Shown: positions 21,259 through 32,371 of the stretch, piece by piece | How positions within the stretch are numbered: the first letter of the stretch is position 1 | Layout: each line of letters starts with the position of its first letter | Assembly: GCA_010093745.1 (NCBI GenBank) | Contig: MU005958.1 | Span: 434,001-498,000 of the forward strand | Direction: 5' to 3' | Length of the DNA: 64,000 nt | Origin: Piedraia hortae CBS 480.64 | Lineage: Eukaryota | Notes under the pieces: generated by a model | The model's database searches: none | Told to the model about the DNA's origin: nothing | The model's input: only the letters and a program-made list of their open reading frames with translations | Program-made: the position numbers and the translations under genes

Positions 21259-24200
21259 TCATCGAGGATTCATGTTGCTGCTACAAGATGAGCGTTTGGA
21301 GCGTGAGGAAACACCAGTGTTCCGTCGTTCCTTCTTCCGTGTTCGTAAACTTAACGTCTTGGACTGTCGTCGTCGCATGACTAGTCCTCCATCGCTCCCA
21401 GATTCATCAGCCTCCTCGTCTGCGCTGTCCAGCGCCTGTTCCACATGGGGAAAGTAGCCTTCGTCGACAGCCTCTATCGTCTTCTTGACCGGCCTTTTTT
21501 CATCGTCTGCTCGCATCGACGGATTTGATGCTGACCCCGATCCTGCAGAGGCCACGTCTGACGAGCTCGATAGCATTGCAGCTGGCAGCTTTCCAGCAGC
21601 GTTGATCGGGCTGACATCCTGTGATGTGGGGTTTGATGTGCCTTCTATCGAGACAGGCCGGGATACGTCTTCATCGGGGCAAGATGTAACGATACGCAAC
21701 AGCCCAGACTTCCGCGCTTCCTCCTCCTCGAACCTCTGAGCGGCCGAGTAGCTTCGATATGGCAATGGCCGCGGGGCATCTAACACGTCTTTGGACAGCG
21801 GGCTCTGTCGCCGGCTATTCACCTGCCCCGAAGCCACTTCTGTGCTCAGTGCCACGCTGGGCTCTCCGTGCGCATCGAGCTGACCGCGCGAGGGCGACGC
21901 CCGTGAATTTGTCCGTCCGCGTAACCCCGTCCTATGTGCGCTGCGCTCTCGTATGGCCTGAATGGCCCGTCGTGCGGCGCCGCTGCTGAGCACAGAGCTC
22001 AACCCGTGCCCGTTACCTGACTCGATGGCCACGGGCATTTCTGGGAGACCAGCTGGCTCCCGGCCCCGCTCAGCAGGGCCTTTTACCGCTTGCGTGGGCC
22101 CGGCGTTGGCAGCTGGCGCGGTTGGGCGAGTCCCAAGTGCAGGCCGTGATGGCGTGGCCTGTGACCTTTGGTCTGAGTCAAGACAGTCGCTTTCGCTCAC
22201 AGGGCTGACGGTAACGCTTCTCGAAAGGAGATGAGCATCCTCGTGCTGGAGCGCGGCTGCCTGAGCCAGTTCATGGCTTTGACCATGGCTGTGGCCCCTT
22301 TCGCGCTTTCCCGCAAAGCCCAGAACCCTCTTCAGTCCGCTCCGCATGCGGTCCAAAAGCTGTAGCGGCACCACGGCCGATTTTACATCTTCGGTTGAAA
22401 CTTCAATTTTCTTGCCCATGTTTTGCCGCTCCGGATCCGTCTCTTCAAGCCATTTCTGCGGATCCTGCAGATCTGCCGACACCCATGGGTGACGCCGCAC
22501 TTCCTCCAGCGTAATCCGTTTCCGCGGGTCCTTTTCCAGCAGCCGCGCGAGCAGATTGCGCAGCGACTCGTTGACCGCTTCGTACTCAATGTCAAGCGAA
22601 CCTCGCTTGCCTGGCTGTACGGCTGTCCACGTGCCTGTCGACGGACCAGCGTCTGTCGGCACCAGTCGTTTGCGCGGTATGTATATTGGCCGTTCCACAA
22701 TATACCGCATAACGACAAATGAGTCGTCTACAAACGGCGTGCGAGCAAAAAGCATGCAAAACAGCGTTATGCCCAGCGCCCACACATCAATTGCCTTGGT
22801 GACGGGCGGAGGATCCGCGTGGTCGCAGTTGATGCACAGCTCCGGCGCGTAAAAGGCTGGTGTTCCCACCGTCATGGCCAACTGCCGCGCCCCATCGAAT
22901 ACCTGCATCTCGGATTCGCTGGCATCCTCGCCCGACTCGCCTTCCCGCAGCGGCCGACCAAGGTAAGACACGCCAAAATCGGATATTTTCACACGACCAT
23001 CGGACGTGGCCAGCAGATTCGGCGGTTTGATGTCGCGGTGGATGATGCCTTGATAGTGCAGGTATTGCAGGCCCACCAGCGTGTCACGGAAAGCAATCCG
23101 GATCTGGCTCTGGGTCATGGCAGGCACAAACTCCAGCTCAGGATTGATGGGCCCATCGAGTAGGGGAAGGTCGGGATGGGAAGGCCTTCCATCTTTTGCT
23201 TCATGGCTACCGGATATAGGAGAGTCCGGGACGGGCGCTCTGGGCTTATCGATACGGGACCCTGACTCTTGAGGGGAGGCACTGGATGGATCATCTTCAT
23301 CAGACAAATCATCGTCGTCTCCGCCAGTTGTTTCAACACTCCACGCTTCCGATGCCGTCGCCCGCCTGCACTCTGTCATCTGGCGAGCGTTGGCCCGACG
23401 AGCGCGAGCCCAGCGTTCCTTCTCTTTATCAAGCCGTTGTTTAACTTCTCGCTGCAGCACATCAAACTCGATACCTAATTGAGAATCGTCCCGCATCGTC
23501 CTCTCTCGCTCATATCGCCATGCTTCGAGAACAGCAATCTCCGTGCAGGTGCGAACCCGCCACTTGATCTCCCCCGGTGTTACGTATTCCAGCACAATGT
23601 AGACCTTCTTGCTCCTGGGATCGTCAATGACCTCGAGCAGCGCAACGATGTTGGGATGCCGCGCCTTTTTGAGAATGGCCACCTCGCGTTTGACCTTGTC
23701 TTCTGATGCAGATGCAGCAATCTTGCCCAGCTTTCGGCGCTTCGAATACCGCTCTACAATCTTTATGGCCACGTGTGTGCCCGAAATCATGTCTCGGCCC
23801 AGCTTAACCTTCCCGTACGCTCCTCGACCAAGCTCATCTATTATCTGGTAGTGGTTGATGTTCTTAAAGCCAGTGGCGGGATCCACATCCACATCAGCCA
23901 CGTGAGTTTCCTGCGGTCATCAGTAACAGCTTTAGGGGAGCACGCTGACCAAGCTACCTTTGGTGGCACCCGGTGGGTGAAATGCAAGAACGGACTGGCA
24001 TAGGTGCCGGACGCGCTGGAGACGCAGGGTTCGCCCGACGATCGTGGCCGAGGGCTGAGCAAACCGCCGGGAGTTGTGGCAGGAGAGTTGTGGCTATCGG
24101 TTTGTGCACCCGACTTGTGCAGGGAATTAGAGGCAGTAGCAAAAGCAGAAAAAAAGGTGTGGATTTCACCTGGGTGGGAGCTCATCTGGCGATGAACCCC

Positions 24201-24617
24201 AGATCGTGTGGGATGGTGTTGCGAATGCAGAGCAGCATGGGATTGGTTGGGGTAAACCAGCGATCGCTCCAGCTCCACAGCTTCGTTAGGGTCAGGGGAA
24301 ACCACAGCCACGGAGTCGGACTCCATCACCGGTGCTAGGCTGTTGAGACGCGCATTCTGGATTGACAGCTGGTCCGTGTGTGACACCAGCTGGGCGGTAG
24401 CGGTGACGTCGCTGGCACTGGCAGGCGGGGTGCTTGTTACGCTCTGCGACCGTCCGAGGCGCGGCATGAAGTACGAGTAATTGGAGTCCAGAGCGGACGT
24501 AGACAACCTGGCCGCCTCGACCTTAACCTCCCCTTCCTCGCCCTTGTCCCGAAAGCCTGCACCGGCCTCCTCCTCCTCGTCCTGCTCCTCACCTTGAGCG
24601 GTCTGACGCGACGTCAT
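21259..24617 (-). CDS. Ser/Thr protein kinase, CAMKK/Sak1-Ssp1-like
   Basis: INHYQIIDELGRGAYGKVKLG, VAIK, HRDIKPPNLL, ISDFGVS, GTPAFYAPE and DVWALG. Intron 23957-23911 joins ORF 23841-24617 to the kinase ORF (PPK/ETHVA). Confidence 0.92.
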
Positions 24618-25756
24618 GGCCTGGTGTTCAGATTAGCCCCATGGACGGCCGTGGCATGGGAGGAGGGGAGGTGGGGCTCGTCAGGCCATATCACGTGAAG
24701 GCTAACGCAGATCTTCTGGGCCAATCTTCGGCTGGCTGTCGCAGTTTTACCGTCTTCTTCTAGCATTCGTTACTGCTCACCGACGACAGCAAACAGTGAA
24801 CTGTTGTTTGAGCAAAAAGCAACGAAAAGAGTTGAGCTGACGGTGGGCGCAGGGACGAAGCGTGGCAAAAAGCACATGGCCGGGCCCAACTGGCAAAACC
24901 CCTCCCTCTCCTCCCCCTCCGTCACCTCCGCCGCAATGGCGCACGCTAGCTGCTTAGGGAATGGCGATCCGGACCATATGTGTTTCGTCACGTGATGTGA
25001 AAATTGGCACATTTTCCTGGATCGGGCACGCTCGGCAAAGACGACGTCGGGTTTGCTCGTCAAGTGTTTACTGGACTGTCCCTTTTGGGTAGGTGGTAGT
25101 TGCACGCGACATGTGCAAAGTCCATTGCACATGGCATGCTGCAAGTTGCCGGTGGCCTCAATGCTGGTGCCATGCTGTTTGTGGCAATGACCCCTCAGAT
25201 GGCGCAGCAGGACGCCTGTTGCCACAGGTTATCACAAACAAGTAGAGCTTAATTCAGCGTGCTTGCAGACTGCTGGCTCCTTTTCCTCACCAGCGTCATG
25301 GTGTGCTTAAGCGTCGGCAACGTTCAATACGTTAAGGTTTGAAAAGATGAGCAAGGATCCATTTAGTGATGCTCACACATGTCAGCGTTGTGGGTTCCTG
25401 AAGCTAATGTAAATATTGGCACGTATGCGTCTTGGACAGGGATGTGCCGGCAGGTAAAAGGTAAGCTGCTGCCAAATCAAAAGCGCAGGGGCATGGGTCA
25501 TGTATGATTGACAGGCTGGGTCTGCTCTGGGCTCGGCTGTTCGAGCCGATGATCTGCCAAGGGCTTGCACCACCATTACCAGAGCTTTGGAGACGAAAAC
25601 TTGAAACCCGCCAATCAATATTACCAACAAGCTCACGGTCGACTGCGCATGGCCATGTCCGCTATTCTGTATTTTGATGACTGAATTGCAAGTGAAGAGT
25701 TTGCGAGCCATGCAAGACACACATGGACTACTTACGTTTATGCTGTGGGACACTGC

Positions 25757-26281
25757 TTAAATTCCCAGAAGAGCCTCGTCCTCTTCCTCTTCCCTTTGCT
25801 CTTGTTCCTTGTCTTCCATCTCCCTCATCTCGGCCGCAGCTGCAATGTTCTCTCCCCCAAACTGGGCCCCTGACGACTTTTTCTCCTTCTCAGCTCTCTC
25901 GCGCACAATACGGGCGATGGCATTGTCAGTGCGCACGTTGAGCACCTTCAGCCTCTGATCTAGTTCCCGCTTGAGATCCCAATTAGCCTTCTTGGGCTGC
26001 AATGTGAACAAATGTAGTGGCTTCTCTTCGCCCTGCCTGGCCTGTATCTGTACAGCGGATGCCAATTCCGCTGCCTGCTTCTCTACCGTTTGCTGCCCCT
26101 CAGAAGGCGCCGATTCGAAGCCCAGCTTTGGGCCCTGTGTTTCCACGTCATAGTTGCGCCCGGACAGATACGGGACTTTTGTGTCATGATCCTCGGTTGG
26201 AGCTTTGCGCTTGAGCGACTGCAGCTGAGCCAGCCGCGCCTTGCGGTCTTGGGCGGCTGCGCTGAGCGACAGTGCGGTCAT
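25757..26281 (-). CDS. cwf18: Splicing factor Cwf18/CCDC12
   Basis: RKARLAQLQSLKRK, LSGRNYD, LQPKKANWDLKREL and RTDNAIARIVRER. Confidence 0.9.
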   Translation of the reverse strand: MTALSLSAAAQDRKARLAQLQSLKRKAPTEDHDTKVPYLSGRNYDVETQGPKLGFESAPSEGQQTVEKQAAELASAVQIQARQGEEKPLHLFTLQPKKANWDLKRELDQRLKVLNVRTDNAIARIVRERAEKEKKSSGAQFGGENIAAAAEMREMEDKEQEQREEEEDEALLGI

Positions 26282-26352
26282 GGTTGTGGTGGGGGAATTT
26301 CCACTTTGGGACGTCCAACCGCACTCGACCACGAACACCTCCAAGTTCGCCT

Positions 26353-28377
26353 ATGCCGCCATGCACTGCCCCATCTCGCGCTGTAGTCTGCTCGGTTAGA
26401 CCGCTACGTTCATCTCAACGCTGTGCAAGTGACCAGACCAGAGCCTTTGTCTCGCCCATCTCCAGCAGCCCGGCCTGGGGCCATTCAGAAGGTGCGGGTG
26501 CGCCCGCTTGGACTTGGCCTCTACCTACAGTCCGACAATCGCCCTCTCTCCCTGATAGAAAGGTTTTCGGAGTTGACAGACGTGGACCGCAGTACCTGCG
26601 TCCAAGCATCATCGCTCTCGAGCGCCCCACGGCATACTTTTGCGCAGAATGGCAGAAATACTTGGCGCGAATCCAGCGCAAGTACGACAAATACCAACCC
26701 AGCTTCTGGTTGCAAGACAGGAAACTTCCCAAATTTCCGCCAAGGGTAAAGGGCTGGATCGAGAAGACTCTATCACTTATGGAACGGCCTCCGGTGCCTC
26801 TCTCGCTCTTACAAGACTCACTGGGCACAAATGGACGAGAAGCGTGGAAGTGGACAGCATTGTGGCTTGCGAGTCATCAACCCGACCATCTCCTAGATTT
26901 TATCATGGCGACATCTGTAATTCCGCATCCCCCTATCAACTGGATCGAGGACTGTTTGCAGTTCCTGGCTCAATATTATAGTTTTAATCCCACGCTGACG
27001 CCAGATGGGCGTGCGGCGAAGCTTTCGCATTTGGCAGACAGCTTCCTTGTTCTCCTGCAGCGGGATAACGAGCACTATTGGTTCAATAGCAGCTTCCTCA
27101 GTCTGTTGATGAAGCACTGCAGCGAACGCCACATTTCAGCTCTGTGGCAAGTCTTCATAGACGGTCGCATACAGGCCAAATTTTCCCAGCATGTATACCT
27201 CAACTTTGCTCATCACTTCGCCCTGCACGGCCAACTTGACAATTCGCTGGATGCTGCCTTGCGAGCCCGTGCCGCGGGCTGCCGGCCCCAATCTCTTGCA
27301 TTTCGAATGGGATGCGCCTCGCTCCTTCGGAAGGCCATCAATCACCAGGACGGCCTACGGTACAGCGTTGGCATAATTGAAATCCTCATAGATGCTGGGC
27401 TGACACTCGACCGGCTCATGTACAACATCATCATGCTTAATGCCATTGACAGCGGGGACAGCCAGACAGCTGAATCAGTGCATCGCGCTGCCATAGAAAA
27501 GGGCTTTCAACCCGACGCATACACACGCGCCATCCAGCTCAAAGCTTGCAAAGCCGACATCAATAATGGGGAAAAGTTGCGCGAGGTTATCCGGGCAAGC
27601 GTCACCCAAGGAATGGCTCGCGAAAATGCAGTTGTTGCAACAGAAATATTGCACTGCCTGGCTCTGCACCACACGTTCGTCAATCCCAAGGGTGCATTCG
27701 GAGCCATCATGGAAGCTTACGCGCAGCTGTTCGATACCGCTCCCTTAACCCGTCTTCAAATACCCTTTCCAGATGACATATCAGCAGATGTGTCGGGCCC
27801 TCGACGGCCAAGCCCAACTCCACAGGCCATAGGGATGGTTATAACAGGACTGCTTATGGCGCATTCAGACTATGGCCCAGACATCGGGGCTCGTGTGTAT
27901 GCACAGTGGAGACGTCAGGTCCAAGCCAAAGACCCTGTCTTGTCTGAGCTCGCGCTGAATACCCACATGTCCAATATATTCATTAAGCACTTTCTACGCA
28001 CCAGGCGTGGCTTACTCCTAGCAACCCAAGTCATCAAGGACATGCAAGAAAAGCTCTACATTCGTCCTGATGTTCGACAAGCAGAGCCAGACTTATGGAC
28101 ATGGTCCATCTTACTAGATGGCTTTGCCAAGCGTGGCGAGGCGCACCTGGCGGAACAGGTAAAAGAACACATGGAAGCTAAAGGCATTGAGCCTAACCAT
28201 GTCACGTGGAACACGCTGGTCGATGCCTATGTTCGCGCAGAGGACACGGAGGGTATGCTAAACACGCTTCGAAGAATGAATGCAAAAGGAGTGGCCATGT
28301 CCGAGTGGACATATGGGCATTTGAATCGCGTCAAGGACAAGGAGCGGTTGGAGGAAGTGCTCAGATCAGTCGCTTGA
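26353..28377 (+). CDS. Pentatricopeptide repeat protein, probably mitochondrial
   Basis: PPR-like units LDRLMYNIIMLNA, PDAYT, PDLWTWSILLDGFAKRG and PNHVTWNTLVDAYVRA. Arg/Ser-rich N-terminus. Confidence 0.85.
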   Translation: MPPCTAPSRAVVCSVRPLRSSQRCASDQTRAFVSPISSSPAWGHSEGAGAPAWTWPLPTVRQSPSLPDRKVFGVDRRGPQYLRPSIIALERPTAYFCAEWQKYLARIQRKYDKYQPSFWLQDRKLPKFPPRVKGWIEKTLSLMERPPVPLSLLQDSLGTNGREAWKWTALWLASHQPDHLLDFIMATSVIPHPPINWIEDCLQFLAQYYSFNPTLTPDGRAAKLSHLADSFLVLLQRDNEHYWFNSSFLSLLMKHCSERHISALWQVFIDGRIQAKFSQHVYLNFAHHFALHGQLDNSLDAALRARAAGCRPQSLAFRMGCASLLRKAINHQDGLRYSVGIIEILIDAGLTLDRLMYNIIMLNAIDSGDSQTAESVHRAAIEKGFQPDAYTRAIQLKACKADINNGEKLREVIRASVTQGMARENAVVATEILHCLALHHTFVNPKGAFGAIMEAYAQLFDTAPLTRLQIPFPDDISADVSGPRRPSPTPQAIGMVITGLLMAHSDYGPDIGARVYAQWRRQVQAKDPVLSELALNTHMSNIFIKHFLRTRRGLLLATQVIKDMQEKLYIRPDVRQAEPDLWTWSILLDGFAKRGEAHLAEQVKEHMEAKGIEPNHVTWNTLVDAYVRAEDTEGMLNTLRRMNAKGVAMSEWTYGHLNRVKDKERLEEVLRSVA

Positions 28378-28503
28378 GCATGTATAAATGTGAAAGATGA
28401 TGTTTCTGTACAATTACAAGGCCCATGGTGGCCAGGTCTACGCATCTCATCGTCATCGCCTGTGTCTTGGCAAATTAGCGCTTCTGTACGACGGCAGCTC
28501 ATA

Positions 28504-29155
28504 TTATGAGCCATCTGCTTCGTTTCTTTCAACGAGTTCTCCCACGCCGAGATGACGGCCAACTTTGACCTTTTGTAGAGTCCGACCTAGATCTCCGACT
28601 TGGTCGCCTTCATCCTGAGCGGATCCGCTGTAAGCATCTTCTAAATTGTCGAGATCTTTCCGCATGCTGTAGGCATCTTCGCCATCTGCATAGTAACGCG
28701 ACTCAATTGTCACTACGCGGAAGCCGAGTCTATCTTTGTACAGGGCGAGAGCTGCCACGTTGGAGACGCGAACATGCAAGGACACATAGTGTGCATTGAA
28801 CGTCTCACGCATGGCCCTTTGGCTCTGTCGCATAAGCTTCTCAGCCAAGCCTAACCTTCGATGAGTGCGCATCACGCTGAGGGACGTGATGTGGCCGTGA
28901 GGGACACCATCTTTCGGCTCCTCCTCCATTTTGGCCAGCACATAACCTACTACTTTGCCCTTGTCTGAGGTCTGGGATGTCAGTGCACCTACCAAACGGA
29001 AAAAAGTAAGTACCGACCTTGGCAACATAGCTGAGCTGCGGCCAGCTGAGCACATGATACATGTAGTACTTGCAAAAGTAGTTTTCGGGCAAGTTGGTAA
29101 CATTCGTCTGCTGCACCTCTGGAATGTCTCGAGACTCAAGCTCTTTGATGTCCAT
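28504..29155 (-). CDS. NAA10: NatA catalytic subunit (N-terminal acetyltransferase)
   Basis: [56 protein letters not shown] and YYADGEDAY. Intron 29017-28972. Confidence 0.95.
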
Positions 29156-29436
29156 TTTCCACTGCTAATAAAGCAGTGCGCTGCGCGTAAATGTTGTGCG
29201 TCTGATATTTTAGTGGGGTCGCTAGTGCTGTGTAGGATAGAAGAAATGGACACTGGCCAATCAAATTTAGTACACGCAGGAAAGCTATTGAACAAGAGGA
29301 ATAGCGGCGCATGACGCTAAAAACACAATGGTAAAATACGCGAAAAAAAAAGTTCCATGTCACCGACCCTTCGACTCTTGGAATGCTTCCCAGCGGCGGC
29401 GCAAGCGCACTGCAGCGTTTGACCGGATAACGGCAG

Positions 29437-30579
29437 CCAAGTGGAGGCAGCTCAGGGCATCGGCCATCCACAAGCTCGTCACGTTCCTCCAGTCCACCGC
29501 TGGAACCCCCTTCCCTCTCCCTCCGCAATCCCCGCCATCACCGGCGGGAGAGTAGTCTTCTTGGCATCTCAAATAGCGTCACCGACATAGGAAACAGTGT
29601 GAGGCGGACCGTCTCCCTCCGCGCCCACCGGCCCCCTGCCCCGCCCTCGTCTGCCGTGCCCCCGAACCTCCCAATGCATCCCCCATCGATGCACTCGCAG
29701 CCGCAGCCCACGCGTGCTCATGCCGGGTCTGTAGCAAATGCGGCCGCAGCGTTGGTGGGAAGTCCGGCCGCAATACATCAGACGATCCATGAAACCACGG
29801 CCAAGCGCGTCAAAACGGTAGATTACCTGCGTCGACTTCATCAGGGCGACGTCTTCCACTTCAAGACTCTACACTTTAGCACAGCGTCAATTCAGCATCT
29901 GCCGTCTTGTCAGCCCCACAAGCTTGGCAGACGGGCCACCAACTACTTCTTCCTCGGCTACAGTCTGCCCTTGCTTCTCGATCTCTATCCCACCTCACCG
30001 TTAGAGTACCTCAAAGCCCTGGCAGCTCTGCTACACGAGTTTGACAGCTACCAGACCATTACCGGATCCGACGGCAGCAGCGGCAGTTTAAGTCGAGCCA
30101 AGGTTGGGTTGATGCTCAAGTCTCACATAGGCCTCGCCAACCGGTCGGGCATCCGCACAAGTCGACGTGTCAGCGCAGCAACCACTGAAAGCGTCGGGAC
30201 GTTGGATTCTTCCAGATCCCACGCCACCTCTCCTCCCTCAGAGAACAGCCTATTCTGGCAGGACGTCGCACAACCCCCAAGCCTGGGACTAGACTTTCAA
30301 TACCTCTTGACCCCACCCCTACCTTTTGATCCCGACTTCAACACAACATTTAGCACTTTTTGTCTGGTTCTGGAAGAATCCTACTCACACCTCCTCTCTC
30401 TTCTTGCAGACCCAGACAGCTGCACACCAGCCGTGGGCGAAGCATACGCGAAGGCCGATAAAGCCGTGCGGAAAATCCTCATCCAGCCCCTCGTTCGTGA
30501 AATTGAAGAGAACACGCGTCAGGGCATCAAAACGGAATTCGCAAATCTGGGGAAATTGGTTATTGGTGGATTGGCGTGA
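29437..30579 (+). CDS. Conserved fungal hypothetical protein; first exon uncertain
   Basis: Frame open from 29431 to 30579, with globular-looking segments (IHETTAKRVKTVDYLRRLHQG, LLTPPLPFDPDF, KADKAVRKILI). First in-frame ATG is only at 29674. Confidence 0.7.
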   Translation, partial: PSGGSSGHRPSTSSSRSSSPPLEPPSLSLRNPRHHRRESSLLGISNSVTDIGNSVRRTVSLRAHRPPAPPSSAVPPNLPMHPPSMHSQPQPTRAHAGSVANAAAALVGSPAAIHQTIHETTAKRVKTVDYLRRLHQGDVFHFKTLHFSTASIQHLPSCQPHKLGRRATNYFFLGYSLPLLLDLYPTSPLEYLKALAALLHEFDSYQTITGSDGSSGSLSRAKVGLMLKSHIGLANRSGIRTSRRVSAATTESVGTLDSSRSHATSPPSENSLFWQDVAQPPSLGLDFQYLLTPPLPFDPDFNTTFSTFCLVLEESYSHLLSLLADPDSCTPAVGEAYAKADKAVRKILIQPLVREIEENTRQGIKTEFANLGKLVIGGLA

Positions 30580-32066
30580 TATACCCTTGTGTAAACGATG
30601 ATGGATAACGGTTAATGATAATCTGCGAACTCGTGTGATGTTCCAACCAGGTGAATCTCTGTCATATGATCAATCGTCAAAAGACATTCGTGCTAGGAAG
30701 TCACCATGAAAGTTTAAATATCATACCTATGGGATCGCGTCTCTGTACAGTACATCTCCTCAGTGGCTTTCTTTACCTCCCCCCCTAATCACCATACACG
30801 TTCTCCCTCCCCCTCCTTCGAGTACCTTCCCAACTCATGCCCAGTCAATGATCCTTCTCAGTGGATTATGTCCAGCTACGAGCCCACTCAACACGCTTCC
30901 CTTTCCGAATATCCCAGAGAATTCTCACCTTTCTGCAGAAAAAAAAACGTACATCTGTTCCTCGAGACGTACCGTAACGACTCGCCGCTTCTATCCAAAG
31001 CAACGATCGCTGTTGAGGGCATGTATCCGCAACGAGCGTCTGAGACCACGTGACTATATGCTAAACCAATGATCTCCCCTTGAATCAGTTTAGTGACTGG
31101 GCGTAGGTGGATGGTAGGACGAAGTGATTTTGTAATCGTTTGATTTGTTTTTGGGACTGTGCGTATGTGGTTTATCATGACGAGGTATTTTTTCTTTTCT
31201 CAACAAGCATCTTTACCTTGTCGTATGTGTGCTGACTCAGTGATAACATCCATTGGTTACGGATGTCTGGGGAACTGATTTAAGAGAGCGCGAAAGTTCA
31301 CGTGATGATGTGGATCACGGCACTGGAACTGCGGTTTAGACTCAGGCGATGGGTATTTCCGATGGAGAGGATATGGGTGTAGAAATCGAGGAGGGTAAAA
31401 TATGTCTGGATGTGGGGAAGTCTGGGTTTTCGTGAGTAACTTGACGGGGTGACCTTCTATATCTGTGGGAGGGGTTTTGGCTTTCGTGAACATCGGGACG
31501 AGCTATTGATTTTTACATCTTTCGATTTTCGTGGGGGTGAAAAATTTTATTGCTTTCTTTCGTTAGTGTTTGTGTGTCAATTTGTGTATAAGTTGGGTAA
31601 ATGAGGCTTGGCAATTCGAGGAAAGTCCACTCATGCGAGTCGTTGAAGACGACGTTTTCTTCCCCGACGATAAGTGATCCGAGTAAAAGAGTGTGTTTGC
31701 GACCGAGGTTTGTCAAAACGATGGCCCTCTCAAAACATCACGTACAGTCAAACCTGCGTATAGCGGATACTGGATACAGCGGATTCCTCCTTACAGCGGG
31801 TTTTCAGCACCCCTAATTCTGTCTCCGTTTACCTATAGGTAGTAACAGGATACAGAAGATCCTTGACACAGTAGACAAATTTCCCGCGCCAGACCTATCC
31901 GCTGTAAACAAGTTCGACTGTACATCCATTAGAGAAGTTCAGCATAACATAGTCGCCTTCGTCTTGCCGGGGGCCGGCAAGAAGATATCATCTCACCCAG
32001 ACAAGCGTCAACAACTATCCCCATGATAGGCGAACATAACCCCATCCCCACGATTCAGCAACCCAC

Positions 32067-32371
32067 CTACACTATCAGCTGCATACGAGCATATCTCTTA
32101 CCCTTCTCGACGCGCGTCTCCTGCTCCAGAATCCATTTGACCAGTCGCACCAGACAAAAGCAGTGGTGACAGCCAGATTCGCCACACAACTTGAGCACCT
32201 CACGAATTTCCGCTTTGCTTGCGTTTACGAGATCGAGCTGTACAGACCCAGAAGAGGGTTGTGTTAGTTTAAGCAAACTGACGAGGGAGAAAGACTCACT
32301 CCGATAGGGGTCGTGCAGTCTTCAGGTGAGAGGAGCATGTTTCCCTTGGGTGGGACTGAGGGGGTGGGCAT
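32067..32371 (-). CDS. Putative small spliced orphan protein with a C-x4-CxxCxC cluster
   Basis: ATG 32371. Intron 32299-32238 (GTGAGT..ACTAAC..CAG) joins two ORFs in phase 0: MPTPSVPPKG..TTPIG/LDLVNASKAEIREVLKLCGESGCHHCFCLVRL. Confidence 0.35.

Noticed and set aside
23120..23560. Large insert within the kinase domain
   Set aside because: Such inserts are typical of fungal CAMKK/Sak1-like kinases, and the frame is intact.
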